Shown one piece after another: positions 18,643-27,373 of a DNA stretch of 64,000 bases. This DNA comes from Limisphaerales bacterium. Lineage in GTDB: Bacteria > Verrucomicrobiota > Verrucomicrobiia > Limisphaerales > AAA164-E04. Each line of letters begins with the position of its first letter. The stretch's first letter is position 1. The notes beneath the pieces were generated by a model, which had not been told where the DNA came from, ran no database searches, and was given only the letters and a program-made list of their open reading frames with translations. A program made the position numbers and the translations under genes. The stretch covers positions 2,031,127 to 2,095,126 of the forward strand of contig OZ241891.1 in the NCBI GenBank assembly GCA_965203425.1, in the 5' to 3' direction.

Positions 18643-19965
18643 CTAGTCTTCCTTGCGGATTCCGAGTTTCTTGGCTTTGGCGATGGCTTGCGCCATAGAT
18701 AGATTTCCTTTGAGTTTGTTGCAACGAGTGCAGAGAAGTTGCAGATTTTCTATGTTGTCTTTCCCGCCTTTGGAGCGCGCCACAATATGATCCATTTCCA
18801 TGACATGCGAATCGTATTGCTCCAAACATAATTTGCAAATGCCGTTCTGCTCGGTGTAAAGCGCGCTGAAATGCGTTCGGTAATGCGGAATGTCGCCTAA
18901 ATCAGTTCTGGCGGGTATGTCGTGGCGGATGGTGATGTGGTTGCGCCAGAAGTCGGCGGTGTTTTCGTTGAGTTTGGCGAGCTGGACGAGGACTTGCTTG
19001 CCCGCTTCTTTCTCTCTGTCGATGCCGATCCATTGACGGCCGGCGTTCTCTGCCGCTACCAAAGTCGTCGCGCATCCGCAGAACGGATCTAACACAACAT
19101 CGCCCGGATTGGAACTCGCTAGTATCATCCGCGAGTATAACGCTAACGGCTTCTGCGTCGCCCAACCAGAACGCTCTTTTGCCTGCGAATTGAGAAATGG
19201 AATATCCCAGTTATTTCCCAAAATAGGTTGACGAGCATTCGTTGGAACGATTTTGTCATATCTTTCTGTCTTGATTTTTCCTGCATTGACCGCCGCTTCG
19301 AACTTTGCCTGATTGTAGACGAGCAGTTTCTTCACGCCTTGATCGACGACGGTTTGCCAGCCTCTTTGGAGACGAGTTGAATCTCGCAAATCGGTAAACA
19401 ATCGATTGAAAGTTGGATTGGCTTGATGGTTTTTGACGAAGAAGAGGATGGTGTCGTTCATCGATGGAAACGCCTCGCCTCTCCGTGAGAATCGGTTGTA
19501 ACGCCAGACAATTTCGTTGCGGAAGTTTTGTTGGCCGAAGATGCCGTCGAGGAGGAGGCGCAAGTAGGCGTTGGCGGTGGGGTCGCAGTGGAGGTAGAGG
19601 CTCCCCGTTTCTGTCAGCAGGCGATGGCATTCTATCAGGCGCACGGCCATCATAATCAGGTAGGCTTGCATTTCGGGCGAATGCATGTTGCGGGCGGCGG
19701 CGCAGAGATGATAGAGTTTGGGGTAGCATTCGTTGAGCAGTTCATGCTCTTCTTCGCGGACATCGTCCATCGTCCAGTAATCGTCAAAGCCGGGCTTTCG
19801 CTTGGCTTTGGATTGCGGCGAGCCGAAGGTGTGGTTGAAGCGCTTCTTTTTGTTGAAGGGCGGATCCGCGCAAATCAAGTCGACGGACGCCGAGTTCAGC
19901 CCGCGCATTACTTCGCGATTGTCGCCGATGAAGACGGTTTGGTTTTTGCAGTTGAGTTTACTCAT
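18643..19965 (-). CDS. beta-class DNA methyltransferase fused to a C-terminal HNH nuclease domain
   Basis: Motif IV is ICADPPFNKK and motif I is VLDPFCGCATTLVAAENAGRQWIGIDRE. These are followed by CKLCLEQ...MDHIVARSKGGKDNIENLQLLCTRCNKLKGN (HNH, nt ~18700-18810). The ATG overlaps the cobA-hemD stop as ATGA. Confidence 0.85.
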   Translation of the reverse strand: MSKLNCKNQTVFIGDNREVMRGLNSASVDLICADPPFNKKKRFNHTFGSPQSKAKRKPGFDDYWTMDDVREEEHELLNECYPKLYHLCAAARNMHSPEMQAYLIMMAVRLIECHRLLTETGSLYLHCDPTANAYLRLLLDGIFGQQNFRNEIVWRYNRFSRRGEAFPSMNDTILFFVKNHQANPTFNRLFTDLRDSTRLQRGWQTVVDQGVKKLLVYNQAKFEAAVNAGKIKTERYDKIVPTNARQPILGNNWDIPFLNSQAKERSGWATQKPLALYSRMILASSNPGDVVLDPFCGCATTLVAAENAGRQWIGIDREKEAGKQVLVQLAKLNENTADFWRNHITIRHDIPARTDLGDIPHYRTHFSALYTEQNGICKLCLEQYDSHVMEMDHIVARSKGGKDNIENLQLLCTRCNKLKGNLSMAQAIAKAKKLGIRKED

Positions 19966-21539
19966 TTTAGGTCAGACGAGTCAGACGCATAGTTTAGCAT
20001 GGCCGACGCCAAGCCGTCGATAGTATGTTCGGTTGCTTCTACATTCGGTTGTTCTCCCAGCTCGGCCAATGCTTTGCTGGTTTCCGGGCCGATGGAGGCA
20101 AATTTCAAATGCGGATATTTTGCCTTGAGCCGCGCCAAGGGAAACCGCTTGTGAAAGTGCCGAACGGTCGAGCTGCTGCTGAACGTAATCCAATCGGCGC
20201 CTTCTTCCCACAATCGCGCCGCCGCGCCATTCCTGTCTTCTTCCGGCAATGTTTGATAAACGGGAACGTCGTCGACAATCGCCCTGCGAGCCGTCAGTTC
20301 CCGGGGCAATTCAGGATTGGCAACTTCCGCTCGCGCCAGAAGAATTTTGAGATTTTCAATGCTTTCCACCGCCTCAATGGCCGCAACCAATTCGCTCGTC
20401 AAATACTTCTTCGGCATGGCATCAACGTGCAAATGTATGGCCGCAATCTTCTCGGCGGTTGCCGGCCCTACGGCGGCGATTCGAAGGTTGCCCAATGCGC
20501 GAAGGTCGTCAAAAGCCCGGAAAAAATAATCAAAAAACGCCGTCACTCCGTTCGGGCTGGTAAAAACCAGCCAATCATATTCGCCCAAAGACGCCATTGC
20601 TTCCGCCAGAATTTCTTTTCTTGTTGGCGGATCGATTTTGATTGTTGGGATTTCCAGCACCTCGGCGCCTAGTTCCCGCAAGCGGCAAGAAAGCCGACTG
20701 GCCTGCTCCCGAGTGCGGGTGACAACTGTCCGTTGCCCAAAGAGAGGCCTCTCCTCAAACCAGTTCAGTTTCCGGCGAAGGCCGACCACTTCGCCAATCA
20801 CCGCAATCGCCGGCGCTTGAAAACCCGCTTGCGCCGCTTGGGCGGCGATGTTGTTTAGCGCGCCGGTTAGAACTTGTTGCCGCCCCGTCGTTCCCCAGCG
20901 AACCATTCCCGCCGGAGTCGACGCTTTCATCCCGCAGGCGATCAGCTTTTCCGCAATCCAGGCTATGCGCTCTGTGCCCATCAGAACGATTTTTGTTCCC
21001 GGCATTTTAGCAAAAGCCGCCCAGTCCACTCTCGAAGACGGCTTCGTTGGGTCTTCGTGGCCGGTAACGACGGCAAAGCCGGAGCAGAAGTCTCGATGCG
21101 TAATGGGGATGCCGGCGTAGTTGGCGGCCGCGACAATGGAGGAAACGCCGGGCACCACTTCAAAACGAACGCCCGCCTGCCGCAGCGACTCAGCCTCTTC
21201 GCCACCCCGCCCAAAAACATACGGATCGCCGCCCTTCAACCGCACCACCGTGCGCCCTTGACGGGCTTTCTCCGCCAACAAGCGATTCAACTTCGCCTGC
21301 GGCATTGCGTGCGAGTCGGCCCGTTTGCCCGCGTAAATCAACTCGCAACCCCGAGGCGCCAACCTCAACAAATCAGAATTTACCAGCGCATCGTAAATCA
21401 CCACTTCCGCTCTCCCCAGCAACTCCCCGCCCCGCATCGTCAGCAAGCCCAAGTCTCCCGGCCCCGCTCCCACCAAATAAACTGCGCCTCGCTCGCCCAC
21501 TATCGCTCGAAATATAAAGAGCATTGGAAAACAGCGCAA
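19962..21539 (-). CDS. cobA-hemD: uroporphyrinogen-III C-methyltransferase / uroporphyrinogen-III synthase fusion
   Basis: SUMT motifs [19 protein letters not shown] and [18 protein letters not shown]. The C-terminal ~250 aa are HemD-like. The start could be Met1 (21539) or Met6 (21524). Confidence 0.9.
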   Translation of the reverse strand: MRCFPMLFIFRAIVGERGAVYLVGAGPGDLGLLTMRGGELLGRAEVVIYDALVNSDLLRLAPRGCELIYAGKRADSHAMPQAKLNRLLAEKARQGRTVVRLKGGDPYVFGRGGEEAESLRQAGVRFEVVPGVSSIVAAANYAGIPITHRDFCSGFAVVTGHEDPTKPSSRVDWAAFAKMPGTKIVLMGTERIAWIAEKLIACGMKASTPAGMVRWGTTGRQQVLTGALNNIAAQAAQAGFQAPAIAVIGEVVGLRRKLNWFEERPLFGQRTVVTRTREQASRLSCRLRELGAEVLEIPTIKIDPPTRKEILAEAMASLGEYDWLVFTSPNGVTAFFDYFFRAFDDLRALGNLRIAAVGPATAEKIAAIHLHVDAMPKKYLTSELVAAIEAVESIENLKILLARAEVANPELPRELTARRAIVDDVPVYQTLPEEDRNGAAARLWEEGADWITFSSSSTVRHFHKRFPLARLKAKYPHLKFASIGPETSKALAELGEQPNVEATEHTIDGLASAMLNYASDSSDLK

Positions 21540-21580
21540 CGAGAAGCCGCACTCGACCAGCTTTCTTTTCTTTCAAAAGA

Positions 21581-22429
21581 ATGCACAAGAAAACAAGGAA
21601 ACATTCTTCCGTGACTTCGTGGAGACGCTGTGGCAAACTCCTCTTCGTGACCGCCGATGAAGCGCAAAAATGCCTCCAAGCCTACAAAGACGGCCAAGCG
21701 TCCGAATCCGAAACGCTGGCTCGCTTCTTTGCCAGCCCTTTTGCGGAATTAGAATACGCCAAAGTGGACGTTGACCGGGCGCAACGGCAAGGTTTCCCCG
21801 AAGTCATTTTCGGCGCCGGCAAAACTCCCGAGCAAATCATAGGCATCGCAAAAACACTGCGCCAAGCCCGGCAACCCGTGCTCGTTACTCGAGTACAACC
21901 CAAAGCCGCCGCGCAATTCCAAAAAGCCTTTCCAGAAAGCCAACATCACCCGCAAGCGCGCTGCCTCACCCTGACAAGCCAACCTCTCCCCAAAAAGCCC
22001 GGAACTATCGTCGTCGCCTGTGCCGGCACCAGCGACCTTCCCATCGCCGAAGAAGCCTCCCTCACCGCCGACTTCATGGGAAATTGCGTCCAGAAAATCT
22101 ACGACGTCGGCATCGCCGGCTTGCAACGAGTTTTGAGCCAACTCCCCGTCTTGCGCCGGGCCAACGTCCTCATCGTCGTTGCCGGAATGGAAGGCGCCCT
22201 GCCCAGCGTGATTGCCGGCCTCGTGAACAAACCCATCATCGCCGTTCCCACCAGCATCGGCTACGGCGCTCACTTCGGCGGAGTCGCCTCGCTCTTGGCA
22301 ATGCTCAACAGCTGCGGCAGCGGCGTCACCGTCGTCAACATCGACAACGGCTTTGGCGCGGCCTTCTCCGCCAACCAAATCAACCGCCTCCAGAATTCTC
22401 CAACCCAACCACCCCCAACCAAACAATGA
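21581..22429 (+). CDS. larB: nickel-pincer cofactor biosynthesis protein LarB (AIR-carboxylase-like)
   Basis: GFPEVIFGAGKT, VACAGTSDLPIAEEA and VVAGMEGALPSVIAGLVNKPIIAVPTSIGYG. Start taken at ATG 21581 within track ORF 21524..22429. Confidence 0.8.
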   Translation: MHKKTRKHSSVTSWRRCGKLLFVTADEAQKCLQAYKDGQASESETLARFFASPFAELEYAKVDVDRAQRQGFPEVIFGAGKTPEQIIGIAKTLRQARQPVLVTRVQPKAAAQFQKAFPESQHHPQARCLTLTSQPLPKKPGTIVVACAGTSDLPIAEEASLTADFMGNCVQKIYDVGIAGLQRVLSQLPVLRRANVLIVVAGMEGALPSVIAGLVNKPIIAVPTSIGYGAHFGGVASLLAMLNSCGSGVTVVNIDNGFGAAFSANQINRLQNSPTQPPPTKQ

Positions 22430-23721
22430 ATACCCTATACCTTGACTTAATTAGCGGAATTAGCGGCGACATGTTTTTAGGCGCTATGTTAGACCTCGGC
22501 GTTCCCGCAAACTCCCTAAAAACAGAACTCGCCAAACTGAAACTCACAGACCCAGAATCCCCCGCAAACGCAACCGATACATACAAACTACAAATCCGCC
22601 GCCAACAAAAATCCAATATCGAAGGAATCCAATTCGATGTAATCTTAGAAGACCATCCCCACAATCACAAACACCCGCACAATCCTACCCATTCCCACAG
22701 CCACGGCCGAAATTTCTCTCAAATCCAAACCATTATCAACACAAGCACGCTTTCCAATTGGGTCAAAAAAAACGCAATAGAAACCTTTAGCCGCATCGCT
22801 CGCGCCGAAGGCAAAGTCCACGGCATGCCACCGCAAAAAGTCCACTTCCACGAAGTAGGCGCCGTCGATTCTATTGTGGACATTGTAGGCGCCGCCATCG
22901 CACTGGAACTACTAAACAAACCTCGCGTCCTCGCTTCTACTATCACCGAAGGATCAGGCTGGGTACATTGCGCCCACGGAAGGTTTCCCGTGCCAACTAT
23001 GGCCACCTTAGCCATCCTCGGCGAACGCGGCGCCGCCCTCAGCCAATGCAACGAACCCCACGAACTAATCACCCCCACAGGCGCCGCCATCCTCGCCCAA
23101 TTCGCCGAATCCTTCGCCCCCATGCAACAACTAACCCCAACAAAAATCGGTTACGGACTGGGAACCCACAACTGCCAAACCCGCCCCAACGTCTTACGTG
23201 CCATCCTCGGCCAAACACCCGCCCCAACAACACCTTCTCTCAACCACAAAGATAAGCTATGGAACGCCGACATCATCGGCGTCGTAGAATGCAACTTAGA
23301 CGACCTCTCCCCCGAAATCCTCGGCCACATCCTAGAACTAGCCCTTCAAAAAGGCGCATTAGACGCCTTCCACACTCCCGTCTACGGCAAAAAAAACCGC
23401 CCCGCAACCCTGTTCACCATCCTCTGCCCAACTCAAACCATCCAGCAATTCGCCCGCCTCATCCTACAAGAAACTAGCGCCTTTGGCGTCCGCACCTACG
23501 AAACCAAACGCTTCAAACTCCAACAAACCCAATCCATCGTCAATACCCCCTACGGACAAGTCCCCGTCAAAATTGGCCTCCTAGACGGCAAAGCAATCCA
23601 AGCCTCTCCCGAATACGAAGCCTGCAAAACCCTCGCCCTCCAAAACAACGTTCCCCTTCAGAGAATTTTCCAAGCCGCCATCGTCGAAGCACGCAACATT
23701 CCTTCTCCTCACCCGCAATAA
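22426..23721 (+). CDS. larC: nickel insertion protein LarC
   Basis: MNTLYLDLISGISGDMFLGAMLDLG and FHEVGAVDSIVDIVG. His-rich tract HPHNHKHPHNPTHSHSHG. ATG 22426 overlaps the larB TGA (ATGA). Confidence 0.85.
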   Translation: MNTLYLDLISGISGDMFLGAMLDLGVPANSLKTELAKLKLTDPESPANATDTYKLQIRRQQKSNIEGIQFDVILEDHPHNHKHPHNPTHSHSHGRNFSQIQTIINTSTLSNWVKKNAIETFSRIARAEGKVHGMPPQKVHFHEVGAVDSIVDIVGAAIALELLNKPRVLASTITEGSGWVHCAHGRFPVPTMATLAILGERGAALSQCNEPHELITPTGAAILAQFAESFAPMQQLTPTKIGYGLGTHNCQTRPNVLRAILGQTPAPTTPSLNHKDKLWNADIIGVVECNLDDLSPEILGHILELALQKGALDAFHTPVYGKKNRPATLFTILCPTQTIQQFARLILQETSAFGVRTYETKRFKLQQTQSIVNTPYGQVPVKIGLLDGKAIQASPEYEACKTLALQNNVPLQRIFQAAIVEARNIPSPHPQ

Positions 23722-23896
23722 GCCGATAGAAACTTCATCGGCACCGAAGAAAATTGCTTCCTTCCCTATGCCCCCTTCCTCCGGACAGCCAACCCTGAAA
23801 ATTGACTTGGCCTCTCCTTTCTCCTTCCCTTATCCACTGGCTTCCGCTTTCCTATCTCTATCCGCTAAACACCTATTTGGATATAAAACCCATAAT

Positions 23897-24184
23897 ATGA
23901 AGAATGCTATGCCCTTCCTCAAAAAACGCAGCAACCCCATGAACCCCATAAAACCCAACTCCAACTTCTTCCCTCCCAACAACTACCAAGCCCAAACCGC
24001 CCAACTGCTCTACCAAGGCTATACTTGCGAGAAAATCGGAAAACCCTTGGGATTCAAGTCAAAGGCCAAAGTGAGCAATTTCCTCCAAAAATCCACCAAA
24101 ACAAAGCCTTTCGAAAGGCCTTGTCGGAATGGATCCCTGGCAAAAACAGCCAAAAGAACGACAAAACCTGAGAAAAAATGCTAG
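23897..24184 (+). CDS. small basic hypothetical protein
   Basis: ATG 23897 (MKNAMPFLKK...) within track ORF 23768..24184. K-rich, with no recognised motif. The coding status is uncertain. Confidence 0.3.
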   Translation: MKNAMPFLKKRSNPMNPIKPNSNFFPPNNYQAQTAQLLYQGYTCEKIGKPLGFKSKAKVSNFLQKSTKTKPFERPCRNGSLAKTAKRTTKPEKKC

Positions 24185-24324
24185 AAAACGCAAAAAAGTT
24201 CATTTTCTCCAGAACAAAACCTCTCCTTTTTGCTATTACATGACAACACGCGAAGCATGGGAGAAGAAGGCCGCTCAGGCATCCGCGCAAGCTTTTGCTT
24301 GGAGCGGGGAAACCGTGGCGCCGA

Positions 24325-24669
24325 ATGGCTGACAACCGGGCAAACTCAAGAAACTCTGCAGCAAAACCGGCATGGCCATCGCCGCGACAACCATGCTCAC
24401 CGCAGCTGGGGTTGCCGCAACAGGCCAAGGCAGCGGCAGCGGTTGTCCAAAAGGATGGCGATGAATGCAGCTCTGTTACGCCAGATGGAACTAACTCGTC
24501 TTTTAGATGTTGTCCTCCTACCGAAGGTTGCCTGAGGGGTTGGCGAGTGGAGGCTTACTTCACAGGGCGAGGCTGGGTTTGGAAGCAGAAGGCTTGGACT
24601 TGTTGCGATGACGGAGAAATAGGATGGTTTGGGCGAGATAAGGATGGTTGTCCTTCGGATTACGAGTAA
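24325..24669 (+). CDS. small Cys-rich protein; possibly frameshifted, alternative model 24372-24452 plus 24454-24669
   Basis: The C-terminal 70 aa carry 8 Cys (DECSS...FRCCPPTEGC...WTCCDDGE...DGCPSDYE). A signal-peptide-like MAIAATTMLTAAGVAATGQGSGSGCPK lies in the adjacent frame. It ends at a TGA just after an A4 run (24449-24452). Confidence 0.35.
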   Translation: MADNRANSRNSAAKPAWPSPRQPCSPQLGLPQQAKAAAAVVQKDGDECSSVTPDGTNSSFRCCPPTEGCLRGWRVEAYFTGRGWVWKQKAWTCCDDGEIGWFGRDKDGCPSDYE

Positions 24670-25086
24670 AATTGGTTAATCTATCTCGCTAATTCCAAAA
24701 TTATCCAAAAGATATGATTTCCTTGGCAAAATGCGAATTATGTTCCAATTGAACAGGACGACGCTTTCGAGACAAAAGTCAGAGAAACCATTTACTAACA
24801 CAAAGAGGCGCGGTCTCTGACATCTTTACAACGACAATCTTTGGCGAGGGCGACTATCCAATTCATCTACGCGCACTATGACGGCACTTGGGAAAGTTTC
24901 CGCGCCTTTCGCATTCCGCTAAACGCAAAATTGTTGAGCCTGTATAAATCGAATCTGCCGCCGTCTCGCTCAGAATTCGTCAAAGAATCGGAGACAATCA
25001 AAGAGGATCCAATGCTCAGAAAATAGCCCTATATCGCCGAGAGTATCGATTCCTTTGATTCCGCGCTCTTCGACGTTAGTTCTCCT

Positions 25087-25905
25087 ATGGCGGTTTTTGA
25101 AACTTACTGGCGACTGCTAGTTAAGCGAGCGTATTCTCTTGAGGGAAAACTGGAATACTGCAGGCAGTGCTGGCAAAGTTTGGCGCTAGAAAACTTGCCA
25201 CTGAAAATTGACAATATCTCTAAAAGTCACAGCAATCCGCAATTCGTTATGTATCAACGATCTACAAACGCTGTATCCGGAGGCGCTGTTCCCGGTTCGA
25301 GCCTGTCGTTTCGCCCGTCGCTTGACAAATTGCTTGGAAACGGTTCTGTCAAAGCGGCTTATTTAGCTCTTCTGATTCGTGATAATCGCAACGAGAATCC
25401 TTATCCCGTCCATGTGGGATATTATTGGTCTCCGCAGCATAGCAAATGGCTCCCGATGGGGATTCATATAATTGGAGGAGACAAAAAGATTCCATTCGCT
25501 ACTTTTTCTAAGAAGATGGCTCGGCGGACGGTTTGTTTGAACAATTTGAAACAGATTGGCATCGCCAATCTGCTTTATGCCGAAGAAGATTCTCGCGGTT
25601 CTTTTTCTCCTCGGATGGACGGCAACGACTCTGACGTCAACAGGCTGTTCCCGCATTATGTGAGCGACGCGGACTTGTTTCTTTGTCCGTTCACGCGCAA
25701 TGTTGTTCGCACCAATCGCCAGTTCAACTCTAAGACTGGCAATTGGGAATTAGAGGATTTGAGCTATAAAGCGATTCATTCGGGGCATTTTACCGGCGTC
25801 AGTTATATCTATTACGCGTTTATGGGCAAGGGGTCGGTGAAGTATACCGAAGTTCCGTATTATAGAGATGGAAAGAGAATTGATGATTACAAAAGGAAGA
25901 CTTAG
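25087..25905 (+). CDS. hypothetical protein with a DUF1559-like segment but no prepilin leader
   Basis: ARRTVCLNNLKQIGIANLLYAEED resembles the stretch that normally follows the prepilin helix in PVC DUF1559 proteins. No FTLIELL leader is present. The same frame is open upstream to 24799 apart from one TAG (25024-25026). Confidence 0.45.
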   Translation: MAVFETYWRLLVKRAYSLEGKLEYCRQCWQSLALENLPLKIDNISKSHSNPQFVMYQRSTNAVSGGAVPGSSLSFRPSLDKLLGNGSVKAAYLALLIRDNRNENPYPVHVGYYWSPQHSKWLPMGIHIIGGDKKIPFATFSKKMARRTVCLNNLKQIGIANLLYAEEDSRGSFSPRMDGNDSDVNRLFPHYVSDADLFLCPFTRNVVRTNRQFNSKTGNWELEDLSYKAIHSGHFTGVSYIYYAFMGKGSVKYTEVPYYRDGKRIDDYKRKT

Positions 25906-26777
25906 AGGAATGTGGCATCGCATCGGCATCATAACGACGCTTTCGACTTGCGCGGGCAAGTTGCGGGGCCGGCAAACATTTGGCTTTTTGGATAACAATA
26001 GTTGCCCCGTAGTGGTGGGCAGTGACAGCAAGCTGGAGATTGGCCTTAAGGGCGGGTCTTACTTTTACGAGTTGTTAGGCTTGAGGGACGTTCGTTATCG
26101 GGTGATGGCGAAGCAGTATCGTTGGCATCGGTTTGGGCCGGAGTGGGAGTTGTTGCCGAAGAACAAGATGGCGTCGTTGGATTTTTGTGGAGTTTGTGTA
26201 TACGTTGGGGCATCGGTTTAAGGAGTCGTAGGACGATTTGGCAGGAGGCGTTGGGGGTGTGAGGGGAATGAGGGATTGGGTGTTTACAATTATCCAGTCG
26301 CCGGTTGTTGACTGTTGTTTGTTCGTTGTGGATTGCTGAGCATTTTAGCGCTCTTTTTTTATTTTAATCGCGCGAATTCCTTTGTATGAGGCGCCGGCTA
26401 TTGGTTGTTGCGTCTAAGACTTTTGTTTTACTTTTACTATTAATTACTAGATGCGGATTGTTGAGAGGTTTTTCATGTATTGACGAGTCGGTCGTTGCGG
26501 GGTTGTGAGTGTTATGATTTGATGGAGTTTCAGCGGCAGGGGGGAAAGGGAGTTGAGGTTGGGCTTGGGGAGGCGTTGAGGTATGTGGTTCAGATGTTTT
26601 GCGGGGATGTGGAGGGGCTGTTATTGGAGCATGGTCGGGGTTGTGGGTGAGATTAGAGGGTTGGGGGCGGAGAGGGCGTCGATGGTTCATTTGGGTGCGG
26701 GACGATTGGGGGAGTTAGGATTGGGCTGGGAGGTGTTGTTTTTGGTTAAATGGTGTATAGGATTGTGTTTGGAGTTT

Positions 26778-27371
26778 ATGAGTGAATGGAAAATTCGGCC
26801 TCGGGCGGCTGTGTGTCGGGCTTGCGGCGTTTCTTTTTCGGACGGACAGGTTTATCATACGTTGTTGTTTGATGAGCGTCGGGAGTATTCTCGGACGGAT
26901 GTTTGCCAGAGTTGTTGGGATGGGCAGTATGGGCATGGCGCTGTTGACCGCAAGGGGTTTGTTTCTCATTGGCGGGCGAAGTTTTTGTCGCCGCCGCCTT
27001 CGCCGCCGGAGCCTTTGCAAAGGGAGACGGCGGAGTCGGCGTTGAGGAAGTTGGTTGAGTTAAGGGAGCGGCGGCATCGTCCGGCTTGTTTTATTTTGGC
27101 GGCTATGTTGGAGCGGAAGAGGGTTTTGAAGGTTCGGGAGGAAATGCTTCGGGAGGGTTCGCGTGTGTTTGTTTATGAGCATGGGAAGTCGGGAGACGTC
27201 TTTGCGGTTCACGATCCTGAATTGAAGTTGAGGGAGTTGGCGGCGGTGCAGAGGGATGTGGCGGAGTTATTGAGGATCGGTGTGGATGCGTTTTTGGGGG
27301 CGCGGCAAGATGATGGTTTGGCGGAAGAGGGAGCGGATGGAGCGGTTGAAGCGCCGGCGAGAAAGGTCTGA
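26778..27371 (+). CDS. hypothetical protein with an N-terminal 4-Cys zinc-ribbon-like motif
   Basis: ATG 26778 (MSEWKIRPRAAVCRACGVSF...CQSCW). It ends 2 nt before rnc. The upstream part of track ORF 26583..27371 is G-rich non-protein-like sequence. Confidence 0.6.
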   Translation: MSEWKIRPRAAVCRACGVSFSDGQVYHTLLFDERREYSRTDVCQSCWDGQYGHGAVDRKGFVSHWRAKFLSPPPSPPEPLQRETAESALRKLVELRERRHRPACFILAAMLERKRVLKVREEMLREGSRVFVYEHGKSGDVFAVHDPELKLRELAAVQRDVAELLRIGVDAFLGARQDDGLAEEGADGAVEAPARKV

Positions 27372-27373
27372 AA

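Noticed and set aside
24778-24830. An imperfect inverted repeat (gtcagagaaacc ... ggtctctgac) in the spacer before the DUF1559-like remnant.
   Set aside because: The stem is bulged with a 22-nt loop and no T-run. It lies inside a frame that may be part of the decayed gene, and it is not distinctive enough to interpret.
26364-26690. 108-aa minus-strand ORF, P/T/H/N-rich.
   Set aside because: It is the complement of the G/T-rich tract. Its low-complexity composition is explained by strand bias, and it has no start context or motif.
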